Part shown: piece after piece, positions 1-10,545 of the stretch
How positions within the stretch are numbered: the first letter of the stretch is position 1
Layout of the letters: each line of letters begins with the position of its first letter
DNA from: Cyanidioschyzon merolae
Lineage: Eukaryota
Reading direction: 5' to 3' (one strand)
Length of the DNA stretch: 64,000 bases
Assembly (NCBI GenBank): GCA_000091205.1
Contig: AP006496.2
The notes under the pieces: generated by a model
The model's input: the letters and a program-made list of their open reading frames with translations, nothing else
What the model was told of the DNA's origin: nothing
Database searches by the model: none
Translations under genes and position numbers: made by a program

Positions 1-5
1 TTCTG

Positions 6-1571
6 CTAGTCTTCGTCGTCGTCGTCGTCGTCGCCCGAAAGTGCCCCCCAGAGAGATTCTATGAATCCACCAGAGGTATCCGCGTCGGGTGATGTGTCCC
101 AGGCGCCCTCGTCGTAGCCAGCGTCGATATCGGTATCAAAGCTGTTGCCTTGCGATGGGTCCTCGACTCCGGGCTCGAACGTTGCCCAGGGATCTGCTGC
201 TTTGTCCGGATTCGGGCCAGTAGACGCTGCTCCGCCTCCTGATCCATCCTGAGCACCACGTTGCATCCATGGTGGTGTTTCGGTGCTGCCGCTTGCTGCT
301 GCCGCTTCAGCGCCGCTGGTTCCGGTGCTAGTCGCACTCGACGAAGATGTATCCGCGGGCGGCGCATCGTTCTCTGCTTTGGCAGCACCTCCGAATCCGG
401 GAATGGGTATCGGGAAAAAGAAAGGCATGTGGAACATACCAGGACTTCCGCTGTGTAGCGAGAAATAGTCGAAATCAATGCTAATGGCTGCTGCTAAAAT
501 AACTGCGCGTTTGGCCATGTCCAGCTCGCTCAGGCTGCAGTCCGAAGCGGTACTTGTCGATGCATACGGCGCGTAGAGTCGTCCAGCGTGCCCGTCATGC
601 TCCAGTGACTGACGATGACGTTCTCGTTCCCGCTGGAGAGCCTCCGCGGGAGTCTCTAGGCGGCTTGGTACGGCCGCCTGAGCGGGCTCCACCGGACCTG
701 AGGCCGAGGCTAGCGGGGCGCCCTCCGGTAAACCGAGCTTACGTTGCGCATCTGCGATAACGCCTTGAGGTGTCACTGCTGGGTCCATTCGAATCACGTA
801 CTGCCGGGCGTCCGTGAAAAGTTCTCTTCCGAGGCCTGTCCAGTCCTTATCAATCGAAGCGAGAACACCTGGCCCTTCCGTGGAACCCGCACCTTCACCT
901 CGAATGGGAAACTGAACCGATAAGAGAGGCGCGTCGATTTCGCCAAACTGACGACCTTGGGCATCGAACAGATCATAGCGACGACGCCACAGGTGCCAGT
1001 TCATATGCACTTCGCCAAGCAGTGGACCCACCGTGTCTCCAAACAAACGATACACCGAAATCGATGAGGAAATCAGGTACGCCGGTCGATGCACCCGAAG
1101 AACTGGCGTTCCCATTGCGTCCATGACCGTCGCCTGAAAAGCGCGATGTGTGCGGAGTGCTTGTCGTAAAATAGCTCGCCCAAGCGATGATTCCTCTGCA
1201 ATAAAGCCAACAATGCGTCCATCCGCCAGTCGAATGGCATACTTATTGGCTTGTTCGAATCCGATCAACAGGTTTCCCCATTCAATTTCGCGAGTCACGA
1301 CAAGAAGTGGATGGTCAAGCACCGAGGCGAGTTGCGAAATATCCGCTTGTGTCTCTGGAGTAACCGAGTCGGCCGCTTTATCCGCCTCAGCAGCAGCGTG
1401 CGGCTGCGCACCGTTCTCTGCAGGTACCGAAGGCGTCCGGGCCGGCTCCAGGGAGCTCTTGCGGCGCTGGACGACCAGGTTCCAGAGTGCAGCACCCCAG
1501 ACGCTCGCTGCTGGCGGAGTGAAAGTCTTTGCGTTGCTCAGCAACCACGACGCTGAGCTCAAGCTGCGCAT
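6..1571 (-). CDS. phospholipid scramblase family protein (PLSCR-like) with N-terminal extension, G/S/T-rich low-complexity segment and poly-Asp C-terminal tail
   Basis: 521-aa uninterrupted ORF; the stop codon is inside the window at 6-8. The core 'LLVVTREIEWGNLLIGFEQANKYAIR...KDWTGLGRELFTDARQYVIRMDP...AAAISIDFDYF' matches the scramblase beta-barrel and C-terminal helix pattern. The tail is DDDDDDDED, encoded by a (GTC)n tract at 11-37. Confidence 0.7.
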   Translation of the reverse strand: MRSLSSASWLLSNAKTFTPPAASVWGAALWNLVVQRRKSSLEPARTPSVPAENGAQPHAAAEADKAADSVTPETQADISQLASVLDHPLLVVTREIEWGNLLIGFEQANKYAIRLADGRIVGFIAEESSLGRAILRQALRTHRAFQATVMDAMGTPVLRVHRPAYLISSSISVYRLFGDTVGPLLGEVHMNWHLWRRRYDLFDAQGRQFGEIDAPLLSVQFPIRGEGAGSTEGPGVLASIDKDWTGLGRELFTDARQYVIRMDPAVTPQGVIADAQRKLGLPEGAPLASASGPVEPAQAAVPSRLETPAEALQRERERHRQSLEHDGHAGRLYAPYASTSTASDCSLSELDMAKRAVILAAAISIDFDYFSLHSGSPGMFHMPFFFPIPIPGFGGAAKAENDAPPADTSSSSATSTGTSGAEAAAASGSTETPPWMQRGAQDGSGGGAASTGPNPDKAADPWATFEPGVEDPSQGNSFDTDIDAGYDEGAWDTSPDADTSGGFIESLWGALSGDDDDDDED

Positions 1572-3364
1572 GGCTGGGTTGCGTCAGGCGGCCTCCAGAA
1601 CAGCGTTACCGCACCGGTAACGAGCCCTGCCAAAGTTCGTGCCCTCAACTCGAACCTCTTTGAATGATCGCGTAACCGCAACGTTTACCTTCCGGAATCC
1701 CAGCCGCTGCCAAGCTTCGGGTGTACAAAAACACTGGGCAATAAGGCGCGTAACAGCAGCGGTACCACAAAACTGACCTTCGGAGCACCCGTCAAGTCAA
1801 CGTACCTGAACGAGCACGGGGCGCCAAGGCGTGCTATAGCAGCGCTGGTGAAACCTTGACTTTTTCGGGACTGTTCCGCTGTCAAGCTTTGCACGTGAAC
1901 GAGCACTGGGCAGCGAGTCGTGCGCTAGCCACAAGTCTGGGCACAGGTCCGGAACAAGTCGCTGCTAAGCGCACCTGTACTCGTGGCGCACACATAACTT
2001 CGGGATATTGCGAGGCCGCGGAAGCTTCACGACGCACGCCCGGACAACAAGGCTAGAGCGCAAGCGTCGGACTTGATGAGAACGTTCTTGCGATCGCTAT
2101 GTGTGTCAAGTGTGTGCAACCGAACGGAGGTAGTCGGTAGCTGTGGCGTGCACCGAACACGGAACGGAAGCCTGTTGGCTGCTTCTCGGGGTCGGTGCTG
2201 GAGGCCCAGTGGCGAACTCGTGCCCCCGGCGCTATGCCCAGGAAGATTGCCAGTTATTTTCTTTCGGTATTGAGCGGTTCGGTTCAGGATTTTGAGCAGT
2301 TGCTCAGTCGATGAAGTGCTGATCAAACTGCTTCCCGGAGAGAGAAAGTGACTACGATAGAGCGCGACTGGAAACGCAAGGTGCACTTTGAAGAGCAGTT
2401 CGTGGGGCCTGGTGCCTTGGTTGCTGAAGCGTTTCGGAATACGCGATACATGCTGAACAATGCATGGAGAGTACCTGAACACGAAACATGAATGACATAG
2501 CGTGAAAAGCTTGAAACCTGGCAGCACAGCGTACTGCGATGACAAGCCGATGTCACGTTAGTGTTGCATTCGAGCCCTCGAGCCTACAGGCGGCGACATG
2601 GATGCCTCTCCACCTACTCGAGCAGACCTGGACACTGCTGCTGATTGTTCTATAGCTTTCTTCGCGACCGTCGTGTCTAGAGCTTGAAAGGTAGAGTAGG
2701 ATCTGGAGGCTGCTGCTGGTTGCTCTGGGCTTTATTCTCCATTCTCGTTTCCAGAGTTTTAACGGTAGCGCCGTTCGTGTGGGCTCTGACATTGTCGCTG
2801 AAGGCCATGGCGCTGCTGGGTGTTGTCCGCTTTCGCGCCTGATCGTCGTTTCCAATGTGAGCAACCGTGGCCGTCGCACCGGGTCATTCAGAGTACCTGC
2901 ATCCAAGACCTGCCATGCGACGCACTTTTTGATGCACAGCGCGAGTACTTTCACTGGAATGCGTCATTTGTTTTCTGAGCGCGTTCCGGCTGTAGGCATC
3001 GGGGGCGCGTTCGAGTGTGCATCCTCGGAGAGACCGAGGCTATGTGCTTCCACACAAGAAGCGATCTTCTGTGCTCTGCGCACAAAGTTTCCCTTTACCG
3101 CAACGTCAAACTTCTGCGAAACGAACCCACCGATGGTATGGTCACCAAGACGCCGATTCGTATGATCCGTATCACAAGTGCGCGAAGCCGCCACTTGCAC
3201 AGAGACTTTATCCATACCGCTTGGGATCCTAACCGCCTCCGCGATGCCGTCGACTCGATGCAATCGGGTTTCCAACTGGAATATCCGCAGCAGCACTCTC
3301 AGGAGCGGACGCTGGCGTGCAGCGCCTCCTATAACAAAAACCGCTCCCGCATCGTCCGCGCGAG

Positions 3365-4204
3365 TCACTGCGACAACTCGCTTGACAAGAGCGAATCGAT
3401 ACGTTCCTTCCATTCCTGCACTGTCCACGAACTTGATGCATTTAATTCCGGAATACCATTGATGTGTACTGTGGGCGTCACGTGAACCCCGCGAACACGA
3501 TGGTAGCGACACGCGAACTTGACATCAGCACCGACTGCGTTCCCGCTGTTGCCGGATGCAGTGAGCAGGCGTTCCGTAATCAGCGACGCGGACGATACAA
3601 CGCCGGCTTTCGCCAAGCACTGTGCCAACTCCTCGTAAACTTGGCGACGTGTCTTGTCGAGTACTTTCTCATCGACCCAGTCTTCCTGCTGCGCGAAGAG
3701 TGCAGCGCTCGCTTTCCAGAAACCCGCATCACCACTCACTTGCCGCGCTGCTAACGCTGCCTCGTGCATGTAGCAGGTCTGAGCGTGCCACGGTTGCGGC
3801 ACGAGGCCGAACGCAAACTGCACCCGCGAATCAGCACGATAGTGTGGCAGAACTTCCTGCCAGAGCGTTAGAAAAGCTTTTTTGCTGTAGGGGCAGTTGT
3901 AGTCCAGGAACACTTCGACGAGTACCTGCGGGTACGGGCGCTCGCCATAGAACGGTACCGTCACCGGCCGCTTGGGTAGCGGTGTAGCTGTACTGGTCGC
4001 TGCCATTCGAATGTCGATACGCAAGGATTTCGATAATAGCTTGTGAGCGCTAGTCCACGCACGTGTGTGCGCAAATCCGTAATACCGTCCAGTGCAGGCT
4101 CGGGGAGTCGCTGCTGCCGTTACCGCTGGTCTGCCTACTATCGCTTTCGAAAGGCTCGGTAGCGTCAGATAAGCAGTGCTCGTTACTTGGCACGAAAGAC
4201 GCAT
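3365..4204 (-). CDS. DsbA-like thioredoxin-fold (Thioredoxin_4) protein with monothiol CPYS motif
   Basis: 279-aa ORF. 'VLVEVFLDYNCPYSKKAF...' matches the DsbA-family pattern 'v.lvef.Dy.CPyC..f' but with CxxS. A C-terminal 'HVTPTVHINGI' is also present. An alternative start is the ATG at 4006 (MAATSTATPLPK...); the longer N-terminus could be a targeting peptide. Confidence 0.5.
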   Translation of the reverse strand: MRLSCQVTSTAYLTLPSLSKAIVGRPAVTAAATPRACTGRYYGFAHTRAWTSAHKLLSKSLRIDIRMAATSTATPLPKRPVTVPFYGERPYPQVLVEVFLDYNCPYSKKAFLTLWQEVLPHYRADSRVQFAFGLVPQPWHAQTCYMHEAALAARQVSGDAGFWKASAALFAQQEDWVDEKVLDKTRRQVYEELAQCLAKAGVVSSASLITERLLTASGNSGNAVGADVKFACRYHRVRGVHVTPTVHINGIPELNASSSWTVQEWKERIDSLLSSELSQ

Positions 4205-4736
4205 ATAGATCGGGACTCACGGTCCGCGAAGAACGTAAAGCAGTCTAGGAGGACGCTTGAGTGAACGCCAATAAAGCGGGCTCGGGGGTCGACGAGCGCT
4301 CTCGGGTGCGCTGAACGCGTTGCGCATGGTCCGGAGCACGTTTCTGGGGCACGGAGTGGAAGCCCATGCGCTTCTTCCCGATACCCCGGACAGCGTGTGC
4401 GTTTCGGAGAGCGCCCAGGGAGACTCGCGTACGACTCGTTAACCAGAAGGATAGCAGGTGCAGCGGCAGATGACGGTTCTGTGGAGGAGCAGCACGGTGC
4501 AGGTCGCTGAGCCTGGTTTGGGTCCAAGGAGTGCGTCCAGGCGCGAGCTGTTTCCGATAACCCCCAGTAGTCGGGTACCTGGAAGCGGCTAGCGAGGCTC
4601 GCTTCTGGACAAGGTACTGGGGGGCATGGCGCTCACCCAGACTGTTACTGAGGAGCGATGACGGAGCAGTTGGGGTGGGAGCTTTGCGGGCTTTGCTTGT
4701 CGCGAAGGATAGACGTTTTTATTCCCCATGGTTGTG

Positions 4737-7625
4737 CTACCAGGCCCGTTGAAGGCTTCCTTGTTCGAAGCGCCGCAGATCGGGGTAACGAACAGTGGCC
4801 CCGAGCCCAGCGCTAACACCACCTGGTTGTGAAGCTGCCGCCGCTGCTCCCGGAGCGGACGCAGACGATAGCGCAGCACCCGCACCTGCCGAGTCTTGCG
4901 GGTAAGGCAATCCCGCGTGGTAGCCAGTGAGTTGAGAGTTGATCGCGTTGAACATCTCCTGGAGTTTCTCGACACGTCGTCTTTCCTGGAGTAGTTCCTC
5001 GCGACGACGTTCGAGAGCTGCCCGCGCCTCAGCGATATTGAAGACATCGTTGAGGTCGCCGCCATAGAGACGGTCGAGCTTTTCGCGGCAGAAACGTGGG
5101 AACTCCTCTACAACTGGCATCAGGAAGAAGCAATTGAACTTGAGTTCTACAACTTTGGCAAAGTGCATCCGCCAGGCGTCGACAATATGGTCAACAAGCG
5201 AGGACACGACTGCCATGCTGGAGGGCGTCACGACGCGACTCAGGAGGAGGTCGTCCATGAACTGCAGGATGACTTCCTGAGCTGCAACGCGGCTGGGAAG
5301 GATCAGCTTACCATCCTTGCCGCGTTCTAGTTTCCGTGGCAGCATAACCCGTGACCCAGCGCTGCCTGCTAACCGCCCAGCAGCGGGATGCGCATACGCT
5401 TTCGCAGTTCCAGCACCTGCGCTCGTGCCGTCGGAGTCATGCGCTCCATATTGCTGACTCGCATAAAACTCATCCACTGCCTCGGAAGCTGCCTGTTCGG
5501 GACTAACCGGTGATCCGAATAGGCTCTCCTGAATTGCAGCCGGGGCGCCGAGCTCTTCAGCGACGGGCTGAAGGAAGCGCCGCAGTGCAGCCTTGCTGGG
5601 CTGGCTCAGGTTCCAAGTAACAAAACGCGTCATGCTCTCGAGGTCTTCGCGGCAAATGCGCTGCACGTTCGCGGCTGTTCGGTCCAAAAACTCACAGAAG
5701 ATCTGTTCCATAATGCGCCTGAATGGGATATCGAGTGCCTCGTTGAGGGTGAGATTATCACGCCTCATGATAAATTCGACGACCGGAAACATGCGTCGGA
5801 AAATATGTAGGCAACGCAGGGTTAGGCGCTCAAGGAGCGGATCGAAGGCATCGCGCGCTTTCTCCACCGCAATGACGCAAGCCGCTCGCATGTAGTTCGC
5901 ACCGTCGTGAGCGTCGTCGATACCAGTTGCGTTGACGATTTCCTCGGGTGTGACTGGTGGACGTTCCATCTCAGCGACAACAGTCTTAAATTCTCGGAGA
6001 GCGCGGTAGTACTGGGCACCACCAAAGAGCCGCGCTTCTTCGTTTTCCACGCGCGACTCGCCCCGGGACGAAATGGCCAGTCGTGCTATACCGCCAGCTT
6101 GCGCGGACTGAAGATTGGTACCAACACTTCCCAGGTCATGATAAGAGCCTCCACGAATGCGCTCATCGGCCAGAGATTCGCCCCAGAGTGTAGGCGGTGC
6201 GCGAATCGTGCCCTTGATGACGGCTGCGAGCCGGCGGAGAAAGTCTTCTGCGTAGACGCGCCCCTTTTCTTTTAGGCGCTCGAGACTCATGGACTCGAGC
6301 TCCTCGAGCGTGCGCCGGAGCGCCTGGTCGACGTTGCGGAACTCGCCCTGCAGCAAAGGCACTATAGATGGCACGCTTTGCATGTACCGAGTCTGCAAAA
6401 GGTCTTCCAGAAAAGCCCGTAACTTACTGACTCCTATGCGATCACGGAGCGCACGAGGAAGCGGCTTGCCGATTTTGCGCTCGATATAAGCACGATCTTC
6501 AGCTTCACGGCGGGCGATCGCTTGACGGAAGCGCTCGTTACTCTCAAAAACATGCTCCCGTGTATGGCCAACCCGCCCTGCCGGAACTGCCGTGTAGAAT
6601 GGACCTCCGAGAAGCTCCGGGTGGGCGTTCAGAACCGGGCGAGCGAGAAGAAACTGCTCAAGGTCGGCACCCAGTGCGAATTGTGGCAGCTTGGCGTCCA
6701 GCTTGGTGTTCACGAGCACCGTCCGAGACAAGTCCGGGTCGACCTGCATTGCAATACGTCGCGTCGTTGCCGTATGCCAGTCTGCTGTGTCCTCTAAGCA
6801 AAGGATGATGTACTCGGGGCGCGATATTTTTGCCAGCACCAGGTCTTCGACTTCGCGGCTCGCTTGAATAGCTTGTTGTTGCTGGGGATTTGCCCGGCGT
6901 CCAACCGGCGGTGGTGAGAGCAACCCCGGTGTATCAATAAGCGTCAAGTTTGGGCAGTATTTGTATTCTATGCGGATGATGATCTCCTCTGGGTCGAAGG
7001 AGCGAAACGGATCAGTTTCTAGTTTGAGATTCTCCGCCTCGATGTAGGCCTGGATTTCGGCAAGCGATCGCTGTTCTTCGCCTTGATCGGTGGAGAGAAA
7101 ACAGAGTGGCTGCGCACAGCGTGGATTGTACTGCATATGAAGCGTGACTGGCCGACGCGTTTTCGTGCCGCCACCGACGTGCGAGAACTGGAACCCAACG
7201 AGTGCCTCAATCAGTGCAGATTTTCCATCCGTTTGGTGGCCGATCACGACGATTGCAGGGGCGTCGAACGGTTTCTTGAAGTCCTGCGCCAGTGCATGCA
7301 GCAAGTTATATGCCGAGTAAAGCTCCTCGTGAGCAGAGGCGTTCAAAATCGTAGGATCCGCGTGTTCCCCTGACGTCGTGCCGAAAGACGTGCGGTTCAT
7401 CGTTCTCTCTTCGGCGAGTGGTGTACGCGGCGCGGCAAGACCTCCGCCAAGCGAGTTGTCGGCAACACGCGGCTGACGACGGCTCCCGAGCATTCCACTC
7501 GAATTCAAAGCGGCTTCGTTGGCATAGTTTGATGTACTCAGTCCACCACTCCCTGTACCGAAGTTTTCCCATGCGGGGTCAAAGTTCTCTTCCATTCCAG
7601 AGAGATTCAAACGCCTTGCGGTCAT
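4737..7625 (-). CDS. dynamin-related protein, DRP5/ARC5-like (organelle-division dynamin)
   Basis: 962-aa single ORF. GTPase motifs: 'AIVVIGHQTDGKSALIEALVGFQFSHVGGGTKTRRPVTLHM', 'YKYCPNLTLIDTPGL' and 'TKLD'. The N-terminal 'AYNLLHALAQDF' and the C-terminal 'ELKFNCFFLMPVVE' GED-like helix are characteristic of ARC5/DRP5 rather than classical dynamin. It has a low-complexity A/G/S-rich C-terminus. Confidence 0.8.
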   Translation of the reverse strand: MTARRLNLSGMEENFDPAWENFGTGSGGLSTSNYANEAALNSSGMLGSRRQPRVADNSLGGGLAAPRTPLAEERTMNRTSFGTTSGEHADPTILNASAHEELYSAYNLLHALAQDFKKPFDAPAIVVIGHQTDGKSALIEALVGFQFSHVGGGTKTRRPVTLHMQYNPRCAQPLCFLSTDQGEEQRSLAEIQAYIEAENLKLETDPFRSFDPEEIIIRIEYKYCPNLTLIDTPGLLSPPPVGRRANPQQQQAIQASREVEDLVLAKISRPEYIILCLEDTADWHTATTRRIAMQVDPDLSRTVLVNTKLDAKLPQFALGADLEQFLLARPVLNAHPELLGGPFYTAVPAGRVGHTREHVFESNERFRQAIARREAEDRAYIERKIGKPLPRALRDRIGVSKLRAFLEDLLQTRYMQSVPSIVPLLQGEFRNVDQALRRTLEELESMSLERLKEKGRVYAEDFLRRLAAVIKGTIRAPPTLWGESLADERIRGGSYHDLGSVGTNLQSAQAGGIARLAISSRGESRVENEEARLFGGAQYYRALREFKTVVAEMERPPVTPEEIVNATGIDDAHDGANYMRAACVIAVEKARDAFDPLLERLTLRCLHIFRRMFPVVEFIMRRDNLTLNEALDIPFRRIMEQIFCEFLDRTAANVQRICREDLESMTRFVTWNLSQPSKAALRRFLQPVAEELGAPAAIQESLFGSPVSPEQAASEAVDEFYASQQYGAHDSDGTSAGAGTAKAYAHPAAGRLAGSAGSRVMLPRKLERGKDGKLILPSRVAAQEVILQFMDDLLLSRVVTPSSMAVVSSLVDHIVDAWRMHFAKVVELKFNCFFLMPVVEEFPRFCREKLDRLYGGDLNDVFNIAEARAALERRREELLQERRRVEKLQEMFNAINSQLTGYHAGLPYPQDSAGAGAALSSASAPGAAAAASQPGGVSAGLGATVRYPDLRRFEQGSLQRAW

Positions 7626-10545
7626 GGCCGGGACAGCGCCAAACGCTTCGACAAGAGAGCGCCTCCTGGCATGCGCGCCGCCCTATCCGCTGTGGCGCCT
7701 TCATGTTTGGCGATTTGAAATTTCGAAAGCGCAGCGGCTGCCATCGACAGATGGCGCGAGCGCTGGAGGCGACAGCCATCGTCGAAAGTTCGTTCTGTCT
7801 CAAATTTTGATGCCTGTGTGCAGCAGCGAAGATCTGAAGCTCCAGCTCGTGGTCCCCGCAAGCGGGGCGCCTTCTATATACAAGGCTTGTGCGTCTTCCA
7901 AGTGCGAGGCGCAGAGAACGCTCGGATTCGTGAAAGAGCGCTTACCAGTGGCCTGCCGGCTGGCTCTGCTGCATACACGCGTGATGTAGAATGCCGGGCG
8001 GAAAGCTTGTAACGAACGTGGGCGCCTTCAGGTTCTACCATGTTCGGGGCGGTAAGCGCCAAGTGACTTGATCCCCTATCGATCCAGCGACACGCCGAGC
8101 GCTGAAACGTACGCGATACGGGTTTCTCACAGCCGGCCTCGTGCGGTTGGCGCCTCATAGTGGAATTTGGTGATACTTGCAGCAGCGAGCCAGCGAGTGG
8201 CGGAAGCGTACGGACTGCGCGAGGCGTCTAGCGTCACGCGGGGCCTCATGGAAGGCCTCGGGGCTGGCGCCTGGAGGTGATCCGCTGATGCAGCTCCAAG
8301 AGTATTATGCCTGAGAAGCACTGGAACGCTGTCATTAGGGTGATTTTTCACTCTTTGGCACAGGTCAGGTACTCTGCGGCAACGTGCGGAGCCAGTGTTT
8401 CCAAGACCATGAAGTTTGCTCCCGCCGTGAAAACGGGTGCAATGCTCGGCTCTGACTCCGGGCACCATCTCTGCATCCGCAGTGATCAGATCGGGTACTC
8501 TTGCTTTTGTGGTGCGGTCTTCGAATTTGCTCACCATTTTTTTAAAGCGATGCGGAATGTACACGTTACCATTGAGTGAAAGGCAGCAGTATCCGTACTG
8601 ATGCAGACAGACCTCTTATGAATTGTAGCGAATGGTGAGCAAGTAATGGGCAACGCCATCGTATTCGAATGCCGCGGATGGAACGGTTACGCGGCCGTGG
8701 AGATCTGCTCAGCAGATGATCCACAGCTTCTTTTCGGGAACAAAAACGTTTCTCGCCATACTCACCATGCATGCCGCTGGTTTGTTTCCAGAGCATTCCA
8801 GTACCTCACTGCGAGTCGCCGGTGAATCGCCTGCGGGCTGTATGATGGCGCGGTGGCGCTCCCGAAACCTGCGGATCTAGACACCCACTTGAACGCTCTC
8901 CTAAAGTCAGTTTCCTGCGTGCTTCGCATGTCGGCGATCGAATCGCCGTCCTTGAGCTCTACGTACTACAGCCCGATTTCTATCATATGCACTCGCCCGT
9001 TCGGTTATCATCGACCAATGGCGAGGATATCAATCCTTCATGATGGAACGGAAGACCTGAATCCTTGCCCCCAGAAAAGGGATCGGTTTGGAATCCACTG
9101 GGCCCCGCAATGCACTTCAGCTTGGACCCTGGTTCCCGTTGAATTCGCGTTCGCATTGTTCTTGGCAGCTAGGCTCGCTGAAGCCAGTGTGCAAGCATGC
9201 AGCTCGCTCGCCCACGAGCTACCGACTCTCTCTTCAGACTAGAAATATGTTGGCCTGGGAGCCAGAAATTTTTACATCTCCATGATTATCGCGCGGCAGG
9301 TGCGTGCGAGAGTATCTCCGACCTCCGTAAAAGTTTGACGCCTCGACGAATACTACTGAACTGGTTCCGTACCTAGATTGACGGCGGACCGAAAGCTGTT
9401 CGTTCCCAGTCCACAAATGGAGCATATTTTGCATCGAGCAATATTTTGGTGAACGTACTGCTTCGCGCTGTTCCAGCCGATCACGACAGAAGCGTTGCTG
9501 GCCAGCGCGATGCGTGTCATCCGCCTCACCCGATCGCATGCGTGCACGCAACACAGCACTGCGGCATCTGTTCCGATATGTCCCCGAATGAAGTGCTATA
9601 CTTTACCAAACGGACAGGCAAGGCTCGATTGGGTTTCCTGCCGTCTGCCCAGGATGCCCCGGACGACGCACGCGATGCGAGGTGTCGACCCCAAAATCGG
9701 CATGGACGCTGTCAAATGCTAGGCTAGGCGCTTCCACAGCGCAAGTCCGTCAGCGCATACGTGTCCACCGCTGCGCTGTGCAACGACAGGCTCGCATTCA
9801 GCGCCAACGGCCGATCCATCCTTGAACAGTGAACCCGCTTCGCAGAATTTGATACCAAAGAGGCATCGCCAGCGCAACAGTGATCCCGGCGCTTCCCGAT
9901 GTCTGCGTGTGTAGCAGAGCGCACGCCAACCGCACCCGTCACACGCGGCATGGGAACGCTAGGAGTGCAATGTACCGTTGCTCGATCACCGAGTCGCGCC
10001 AGAGCCCCAGCCGCGACTTGGAGATCGTGCGCCTCATCGGACACCTGAACGATCTGCGGGACGCATTTCCCGTTCACCGTTCACACTGGGAGCGAACATT
10101 CGCCCTCAAACGCTTACGGATTCCCATTATGCTAGCCATTTCGTGCAGTCCGCAGCCGCCTAGCCACGCACCCACAACGTTACCTGGTTGTCAAAGCGTG
10201 GCCGTGCGAATGTGCATCGATCGCCGCGCACGCACGCATGCGGCCGGCGGCGCGTCTACGATGCTGTAAGGATCTGCGATCGCGAGCGGCGCTTCTGTGA
10301 CATTCGTGCCGTTTAGGACGCGATCGTTACACGCGCCGTGCAGCGGCCAGCGCACGATCGTTTGGATTCAAATTCCCCCGCGTGTCGCGCAGCAGGCGGG
10401 GCGATTCGCGCGCGCGCAGCGCGGGCTGTGCACTGCGGCCGTTGCGCGGCACTGCTGTGCAGGTAGTGCGCTACGTTGTTGGCGTTCGCTACCGAAACCG
10501 CGACCCAAACGTTTCCTTCTCTTGCTGGTGAAGAAAGAATAGGTC

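Noticed and set aside
2964-3512. 182-aa ORF overlapping the 3' end of the DsbA-like gene
   Set aside because: It overlaps the better-supported CDS in another frame and has no recognisable similarity.
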